Position numbers and translations under genes: made by a program
From: Bacteroidales bacterium
GTDB taxonomy: Bacteria > Bacteroidota > Bacteroidia > Bacteroidales > JAFGUD01
Direction: 5' to 3'
DNA: 64,000 nucleotides
Assembly (NCBI GenBank): GCA_016938685.1
Contig: JAFGUD010000510.1
Coordinates: forward strand, 10,568 to 74,567
The notes under the pieces: model-generated
The model's input: the letters and a program-made list of their open reading frames with translations, nothing else
Told to the model about the DNA's origin: nothing
Databases searched by the model: none
Part shown: one piece after another, positions 61,201 through 64,000 of the stretch
Layout of the letters: the number at the start of each line of letters is the position of its first letter
Numbering within the stretch: position 1 is the first letter of the stretch

Positions 61201-62180
61201 CCCGTACTTTTTCCTCTTTGAAAAACTCCTGCGTTCTGAATAAAATTTCCGGCAAGGTAAAGTCTTGTGTAATATGAAGTTGTGTTATTAAAATTTATCA
61301 CACCATCATTGATAATAAAATCGCCATTAACATAAATTGTACGATAAGAATTTCCTAGAACTAAAGTATCTGTACCTGTTGATACTATTGTAAAATCTCC
61401 ATTGCAGGTTACCGTACCCAATGCAAAATTAATATTAGCAGCTTGATTTGGATTATCCCATAAAACATTTCCAAAAGTTTGATTTATTCCAGTTGGACTG
61501 GTTATCGTAATACCTACAATATTCAGTAACGAGTTAGCATTCCACGTTGCAGTTGGAATATTGCCACCATCTCGATTATGCAAATATTCTGAACCACTTA
61601 GAAACTGTAAACGAGTTGCCGCTCCTGTTATAACTCCACCATTATTGGTGATTTTTCCACCATTATTAACAGAAGTAATTGTTGTGGAATAAGTTGTTGT
61701 GTACCAATTACTAAAAGCATCATTGGGATTTATAATAAATTCACCCGAAATATCTGCCAACTGACCTCCAACATTGTTAAATGTTATTCCTAATCGATTG
61801 GTTCCTGTACTTCCAATTTTTAATACTGAACCTGATTCCACAAGTAAATTAACTATAGCAGCAAGCCCTCTAATTGTCAATGTTTTGTCGCCTGATGATT
61901 CTAAATTAATATTTGTATTGTTTATTACTAATAGCCTTCTAATTGATTCTGTTGGAACATTTGTAATTGTTATTGTTCGTCCATCATTAAACTGTAAAAT
62001 ATCAGTACTTGCAGGGGTCAACCTTTCTGGATCCCAGTTAGAAGAAACTGTCCAGTCAGCGTTATCTGCGCCAATCCAAGAATATGTTGTTTGAGCTTTT
62101 GTTGCAAAAGAAAAAGAGACAAAAAATAAAACAAGAAGTATATTCTTAGTTCTAGTTATTAAAGCGCATATTGAAATCAT
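49269..62180 (-). CDS. Giant (4303 aa) T9SS-secreted multidomain surface protein
   Basis: Signal peptide (...FSFATKAQ); ~650-aa Gly/Asn/Thr-rich region; 7 MAM / choice-of-anchor-J-like jelly-roll modules; LamG-like (LVAYYQMEDGAGSSVLTDVTGNGHDGTL); F5/8-type-C-like (AFDGNISTSGW); a Cys-rich module; parallel-beta-helix-type repeats (NFVDCEFNG, NFNNCEFNNG); C-terminal sorting domain (ISIFDVSGRLI...YTKKIILHN). Confidence 0.85.
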   Translation of the reverse strand: MISICALITRTKNILLVLFFVSFSFATKAQTTYSWIGADNADWTVSSNWDPERLTPASTDILQFNDGRTITITNVPTESIRRLLVINNTNINLESSGDKTLTIRGLAAIVNLLVESGSVLKIGSTGTNRLGITFNNVGGQLADISGEFIINPNDAFSNWYTTTYSTTITSVNNGGKITNNGGVITGAATRLQFLSGSEYLHNRDGGNIPTATWNANSLLNIVGITITSPTGINQTFGNVLWDNPNQAANINFALGTVTCNGDFTIVSTGTDTLVLGNSYRTIYVNGDFIINDGVINFNNTTSYYTRLYLAGNFIQNAGVFQRGKSTGIQTIYFQSAGIPKDYTKTGGTYKGDGIDVYANSNTILNLNNNFEIGTGRYFYVQNLAQVYLNAGFLGLGYFRNNSGGSVYLNINISSSSDIQNYGNFFLYDKIISGSGGFSNISTSSAYLYIGNSAGISLAGEASGNIQVSGIRTYGTAANYIYDGLVAQITGSGFVGARELSINNNNGVTLSANATVSTTLHLIDGLFELSDFDLTLSNVNNLTAYDGVPTVSNMVVSSGIGQLRKYFGTNSTIEFVFPVGDNIGTIEYTPARLSFFTNSAGYVGVNLTDGAHPTITSYSDFLSRYWSFSSTMTSYNYQLNYDYIDPDDVNGNVANILAVRNSTGVWTSYPSTAGTGNVEIATSPLTTITCPLNGSVFSGAGQEIICEENNGFLYQTFPTSALPTGWSVGYLQGTNNWKIQNTPGLSSASGGYYAVFDDWALGSGVTPNEAWIRSPEVYFCNLSSVYLSYYEYWYGVENTYGYVEISTDGGNTWIIVNTNSEIPVGDLTAPVKTIIDLTPYLSGYSSVIVRFRYKEVSAVGRYWYIDDINIFGGNDVGVSQLVTPEYLNCGETYTNSESVTIRVYNYSFDDVTDIDWTCDISGGFTGTYSGSIATIPANSYVDVTVATIDMSADDVYHFILNAEPQLPAIDGNLTNNTLKEGRRQLVQTYPYSEDFNISRAGWRQEGPDHQPPNTAIPNHHGREFAYGELPYLGGPEGEGNSWYIKATTQGSYDLIWLESPVFDFSTLNNPVLSMDLKYQLSTYYSYFHVEYSINDGANWYYIGSDADPYWYEGNTNWWYGNQATPVTDWTHVEHQLCKLSGEPCVKFRISGYAYYGISGTTDYRDRNYFAVDNFYISEGIPDDIQPVALTLTNSSTCGSFSNAETMQVLINNNTCRLLSNVPVSIQVDGGAVINEIVAGPIPGNASYLYTFSVTADLSTPGNHTIVATTNLPTDGDNSNDILTELRINNKILVDGLNPYEENFISGNNGWVSRINSNTEGSRHFRLGEVPYLNGAEGEGESWYVETKTHGNTTLIWAESPVFDLNGASDPVLFMDIKYSLSTYYSYFHVEYSINGGSNWTQLGTNADPSWYEGNTNWWYGNYPDEIDEWTTVQHSLCNIVSLDPSEKSCVKFRVYGYAYYGPQADNNYLMPQTDYSERDYFAFDNFKIIDSPEVGVFAITDPNSSASGCLYSQNQTVTISVRNYGCGEVYNAPVKCLVELPVGHPDYAFSPLLFSGTVPVVTANGTTSYAFPATFDMTPMGIYNFTSWTEMPGDISHDNDTARVSISVDFPKITTYPYVEDFNSNDGYWIAGGNNQPSGREFVWGTLPYLDGHEGEGNSWYVDVTTHGSYELIWVESPVFDFSDVSNPVLSMDLKYQLSTYYSYFQVRYSKDGGITWYQLGTNADPNWYQGNTNYWYGNYATPVTDWTNFERDLCELSGEPCVKFQIYGYAYYGISGTTDYRDRNYFAIDNFRIDGGTSDDAEPIAITLNNSGVCGSSSSNETIQVVVNNNLCRPLYDVPITLNVDGTDIATEVMPGPVPRFGSYLYTFTATADLSAIGNHTITVTTSLPTDMDNSNDSYSEIRINNSPIAVSPGNNYLEDFNSGNGGWVSRVNSNVDGTRHFRRGEVPYLNGADGQGDSWYVETTTNGNTTMIGVESPVFDLSGAVDPILKLDLKYELSTYYSYFHVEYSINGGTSWTQLGSSADPGWYEGSTNWWYGNYPNSVDSWTSYQRKLCELTGQSCVKFRIYGYAYYGPQQSNNTLTDQTDYSERNYFAMDNFQIIDAQDVGVTAIIDPDPNDVGCLYSDAQIVTVTVYNWSCTEAVDVPVNVDVTFNGTPLASFSGTVASIAPGSSVDYTFSGTFDMLPIGNYHFDAYTSLVPDANLDNDDTQMSIFVPFPRITTYPYVADFNGDNDYWLAGGDEPTLPDLDRGREFVWGNIPYLDGAEGEGESWYVDVTRHAEYYKIWAESPVFDFSAVTDPFLLMDIKYELSTYYSYFHVEYSLNGGNTWSQLGNNSDPDWYEGNTNWWYGNYPNEVNDWTTVFHNLCSFAGESCVKFRVLGYAYYGISGVTDYRDRNYFGFDNFRIIDGFQDASVSDFITPINNEAPCTFDETKEVTVRVKSASCHDLVNVPVYCDIEGPGGIIYNLSGTVNIPANTSVIYTFPTSVDLRSVGTYNFTAYTDLIPDDFPSNDTIHQSITTLDTLINTFPYYADFNNGTEYWRTGNNSATPTRNFVHGQFDYLNGNETNGDSWYVDVSTHGSYELLWVESPVFDFTEVENPILSFQIKYQLYNYYSYFHVEYSINGGTTWTQLGTDADPDWYAGNTNYWYNNQQNPFDDWTYVEHNLCNLKGQSCVKLRISGYAYYGVSGTTDYRSRNFFAFDNITITDTDLDAELVSVSGCYGTEYQLEVDIANRNNFCQLFDPCPFEGQTAIQFDNSNDRIELGAFPELSNFTAEYWILNPADGVGDYRMSVVAESNRFEIVKMNSGLLYFYIPAIGSWINTGRYLPVGDWSHVAVTSDGVELKVFLNGEEIYTRSGNYSIAASNWYLGARNNSSYPTNAALDEVRIWDYALSGDELRSNICNTLLGSEGGLVAYYQMEDGAGSSVLTDVTGNGHDGTLVNMDINTCWIGSTSAVDNNGVATDPNTITSIDVCYDIDGSLTCNTYPVNIEAGQFETIIIPNITIPNGLSLGNNICTGGTASASHTYSGSSPSRAFDGNISTSGWSNTYVMPCWLQYDLGAGNEASVNTYRIYCSSSETPGYSGNEIYNPGTWQFQGSNDGSNWDVLDNIYYGNLSMNTWQNFYFDNTVSYRYYRMYNTYGEASNGIHVTELQMYNIDPRPSSLVVWIQNPNGMIDEIPINDTIYARVDEFPHCNDNCVAAIELINATTSATSNDNATVNLFEDPDFSTTPCSGVTLENTSWYYFTTNCRGGEVSVTFDNIVCSPGGTGLQVAITRLDAEPACEPDNHTEVFCAYPGNENDIVWNPLDLLPETQYYITIDGVAGNTCDFQILLEGNVAFNPVDAMEGDRIIDGTGSFPDFQSAIDSLELFGISGPVHFNVADIAFDEQIQIGTICGASETNTITFETWCDDCGSAVLQYDSDIDENYTLKLYRTKYITFKNFDFRALGATNGRVLEISENTHHINFVDCEFNGISTALNTNDFALVYTKDTITNSGNINFNNCEFNNGSFALNITGKNSSQNIDSLYLINNVFKNQSAGGLWLQNISSPFILNNDFSTNSTRNDFRGISCITANTEFYLIGNIISSSSADGYGLFLDDVACSLGNEAQLINNMLAIGNSATSYGINIESSTGSSEYINVLFNSTNVLSPNGSGIRINTAEFLNIKNNNFISASAISYDVTSLINSIENFNNFLPDFVGKGANSITINPVYLSITNLHTENAGLQVGDNSTGITIDLDGETRQNPPYIGADEYLGSVIWTGNTSNDWNIVTNWLPNTYVSNATNVVIPTTPVGGYFPETNSNIDNLAETKNLTIQAGAHLYIAPNKYLTVWGNMNQNGDFVVQSDPTGTGSFINKGVINYGAGTTTVQSYISEAMWHYISSPIVDADAGLFFAPNFYWYDESLSDSWSMDNFTGGLMGWTNATGILNVMQGYITYQLEDTINYEGEFNDGNILYNLTYTDNTGTHGNAVFDGWNLVGNPYPSTLNWYDNDNISKINIDGAIYFYKDDGSGSYNNYSYFLPESNLNPYPSIVINRVSGCIPIGQSFFVRANAPGASIQVTNDSRIHNPTAFYKSPVAEPPTIRLSIDNELIEDEVVLRFIPNATNNFDGQLDAIKLVGYSDEVPYLFSISDDNLNLSIASCPNIEDNTIVPLGIKVGTSGQYSIISNQINLPDSTSAYLRDNYRNVSVKLSPENQYVFHSEPGVFRDRFVIWFNKLEQTIEANKTQEEQDVVIYSDLMKVFINTKEIPDNNTKISIFDVSGRLIEEHHPSLRYNIYDLYYVSEGMYTIIVYINDKIYTKKIILHN
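54057..59219 (-). repeat. Six in-frame tandem ~300-318-aa modules inside the giant gene (jelly-roll + Ig-like spacer), subtype order A-B-A-B-A-A
   Basis: The conserved YYSYF(H/Q)V(E/R)YS codon block recurs at 58925, 58025, 57071, 56168, 55232 and 54332 (spacings 900, 954, 903, 936, 900 nt). Type A ends with ISGTTDYRDRNYF; type B ends with GPQ...TDYSERNYF. Confidence 0.9.
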
Positions 62181-62565
62181 AGTTCTTTGTTTATATATTT
62201 AAAAGTGAAATGATTTTTCTTCAACTTAATTTATTCAAAAAATTAAAAATCATTGAAAATAGTTATCATTCAAACCAGATTTGCTTCCTTCGACATTTAT
62301 TATAAAAACCGACATTTTATCCAGTAGGAAAGAGAACGGAGAATTGTTTAAAATTCAACTAAAACAATTAATAATATTCATCAGTGTGAACAATTATTAT
62401 TTGCAAAAAAACAAGTTTTAGAACTAGTATTATAATGACTAATTCAACTATCATAAAACACAGACAACAAATGACAAAGTGCGGTTGCGGATATAAAGCT
62501 AATTTTAAAAAAATAATAATATAATGAAAGAAAAAAATGATTCCATCTTTGGCACACTTTAGCAA

Positions 62566-62573
62566 CAAATATA
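62566..62573 (-). promoter_or_regulatory. -7 box TATATTTG ~386 nt upstream of the giant gene
   Basis: Plus-strand caaatata. This is the only consensus box I found in the 467-nt spacer and implies a long leader if used. Confidence 0.3.
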
Positions 62574-62647
62574 CGGAAATTAGAGCCGACTTAAAGAAAT
62601 AATGTGTCCGAATTTACAAATTTGGACTAAAAAGCATTGAGTTTCTA

Positions 62648-64000
62648 TTATCTGTGACTTTGAATTTGTTTTTTATAGAAAGAAGGAGTAACACCTGTAA
62701 TCCTCTTAAAAACAGAATAAAAAGAAGAACGACTTTTAAAACCAACTGTTTGAGCTATTCCGTCTAATGAGTAATTTTTATAATCGGGAGATTTTAGCAG
62801 TTTTTGGGCTTCTTTAATACGGTAAGCATTAATAAATGTGTTGAAATTTTTCTTGTATTCAATATTTATAAATTTAGACAAGTACAATTTATTTGTGTTC
62901 AAAATCCTACTCATTTTATCAAGTGTTATATCACTTTTCAGAAATATTTTTTCATTTATTAAATTTTCTACTCCTTTTCTCAATAATTCAATTTGCTCGG
63001 GTTTTAAAATACTCTCATCAGGATCATCAATATAATTTATTTTCGTTTCAGAACTAAATGAATTGTCATCTTGGTCTGTTTTACAGGTCTCTACAAGCTC
63101 AAGATTAATTTCCACTAATTTTGCATAAGAATAATTCAATTTTTTAAAGAAAAAAAGAATAAATCCTATAAGTACAACAAAAACAACCATTGCAATAATA
63201 AAATAAATAATAAGCTTTTGTTGCCTCGATATTTTTAATTTATTTAGTTGAATCTCTTTGTCTTTTTTTTCAGTTTCGTAATTAATCTTCAGTTGATTGA
63301 TTTTTAAACTGTTTTCAAGATTATACAAACTATCTTTTAAATCAGTGTATTTTTTAAAATAATCATACCCATTTTTATAATCACCCATTTCAATATACAT
63401 TGAAGAAAGGAATTTATAATTATCCTTTTCAAAATCTTTATTATTACTTGCCACCGAATATTTCAAACTCATCAATATATAACTCTGTGTTTTTTGTATA
63501 TTATTTTGTTCATTATACAAATTCCCATACAGATAATATACCGCAGCCAGATATGCAAATAACTGATATTTTTGAAAAACTTCTTCGCAATGAATTAGTA
63601 ATTTTTCAGCCTCAACAAAATCTTTCAATTGAATATATATTTCAGCCATATTTGTCTGACTTATAGCAATATAAATATCATCATTCAAGTCGGAAGAACA
63701 TTTTAAAGCTTGCTTAAAATAAGCCAAAGCCGAATCTGGTTTATTTAATGATGTGTAAATATTTCCAATATTATTAAAAACAGTTGCTAGTCCTTTTAAA
63801 TTTTCAAGACTTTCATATATTTTTAAGGCTTCTTTGTAATATTTCAATGAATTTAAAAAATCGCCATCTGTGGAATATGCCATTGCTATATTATTCCTGG
63901 AAGATGCTTGTGCTTCTTTAAAACTATTTTGTTCAGCTAATTTAAGCTCTATCAAAAAAAATTCGATAGCTTTTGAATAATTAGCTTTCATATAGTTTGT
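62648..64000 (-). CDS. TPR-repeat + single TM + AraC-type HTH transcriptional regulator, N-terminus probably outside the window
   Basis: TPR-like repeats, TM helix LIIYFIIAMVVFVVLIGFILFFF, and a C-terminal AraC HTH (IAQTVGFKSRSSFYSVFKRITGVTPSFY). The frame stays open through nt 64000. Confidence 0.8.
   Translation of the reverse strand, partial: TNYMKANYSKAIEFFLIELKLAEQNSFKEAQASSRNNIAMAYSTDGDFLNSLKYYKEALKIYESLENLKGLATVFNNIGNIYTSLNKPDSALAYFKQALKCSSDLNDDIYIAISQTNMAEIYIQLKDFVEAEKLLIHCEEVFQKYQLFAYLAAVYYLYGNLYNEQNNIQKTQSYILMSLKYSVASNNKDFEKDNYKFLSSMYIEMGDYKNGYDYFKKYTDLKDSLYNLENSLKINQLKINYETEKKDKEIQLNKLKISRQQKLIIYFIIAMVVFVVLIGFILFFFKKLNYSYAKLVEINLELVETCKTDQDDNSFSSETKINYIDDPDESILKPEQIELLRKGVENLINEKIFLKSDITLDKMSRILNTNKLYLSKFINIEYKKNFNTFINAYRIKEAQKLLKSPDYKNYSLDGIAQTVGFKSRSSFYSVFKRITGVTPSFYKKQIQSHR

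Noticed and set aside
62209-62254. 10-bp inverted repeat aatgattttt / aaaaatcatt near the giant-gene start, considered as an invertible-promoter signature
   Set aside because: The arms are pure A/T, the enclosed 26 nt contains no promoter box, and no recombinase gene is nearby. It is mentioned only as a possible leader hairpin.
62368-62568. 66-aa hydrophobic ORF in the spacer upstream of the giant gene
   Set aside because: It starts at a non-ATG codon (TTG) that overlaps the putative -7 box, and its hydrophobicity is explained by T-rich codons. It remains a remote possibility as a small membrane peptide and would need Ribo-seq.
1-64000. Prophage, ICE, transposon or IS element; tRNA or rRNA genes
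   Set aside because: I found no integrase, transposase, relaxase, or phage structural or replication genes, and no flanking direct repeats. No spacer contains a cloverleaf-like GC-rich segment.

Overview
AT-rich chromosomal segment that looks like Bacteroidota. The evidence is three proteins with C-terminal T9SS sorting domains, recurrent TAnnTTTG promoter boxes 5-55 nt upstream of start codons (one box, upstream of the giant gene, lies ~386 nt away), ssb-gldE synteny and a GGGPS homologue. No rRNA, tRNA, CRISPR array, integrase or transposase was recognised. About 50 genes are called, mostly on the minus strand. Housekeeping genes include proS, folD, ltaE, ssb, rlmB, dusB, cinA, mgtE, ugd/UDP-xylose synthase, a thiolase/HADH pair and pepC. 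Accessory content includes two SiaB-kinase/SiaC(DUF1987) partner-switch modules (one with a membrane PP2C phosphatase), a HepT/MNT toxin-antitoxin pair, a DUF4143 AAA ATPase, a secreted CotH kinase, two beta-propeller-OmpA proteins, and a T9SS cargo cluster headed by a 4303-aa protein with six ~300-aa tandem modules. The signal that gene annotation does not explain is a family of phase-locked 7-9-nt tandem-repeat mosaics. They fill whole intergenic spacers between ~7.2 and ~29 kb (largest 9637-10056: 27 octamers then 29 heptamers), abut or overlap start and stop codons, and share a GTT..C.A / TCGA-rich word family across unrelated loci. I cannot assign these arrays to any repeat class I know, and they are my top candidate for something undescribed. 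All functional calls rest on motif and family recognition by eye; no database search was run.
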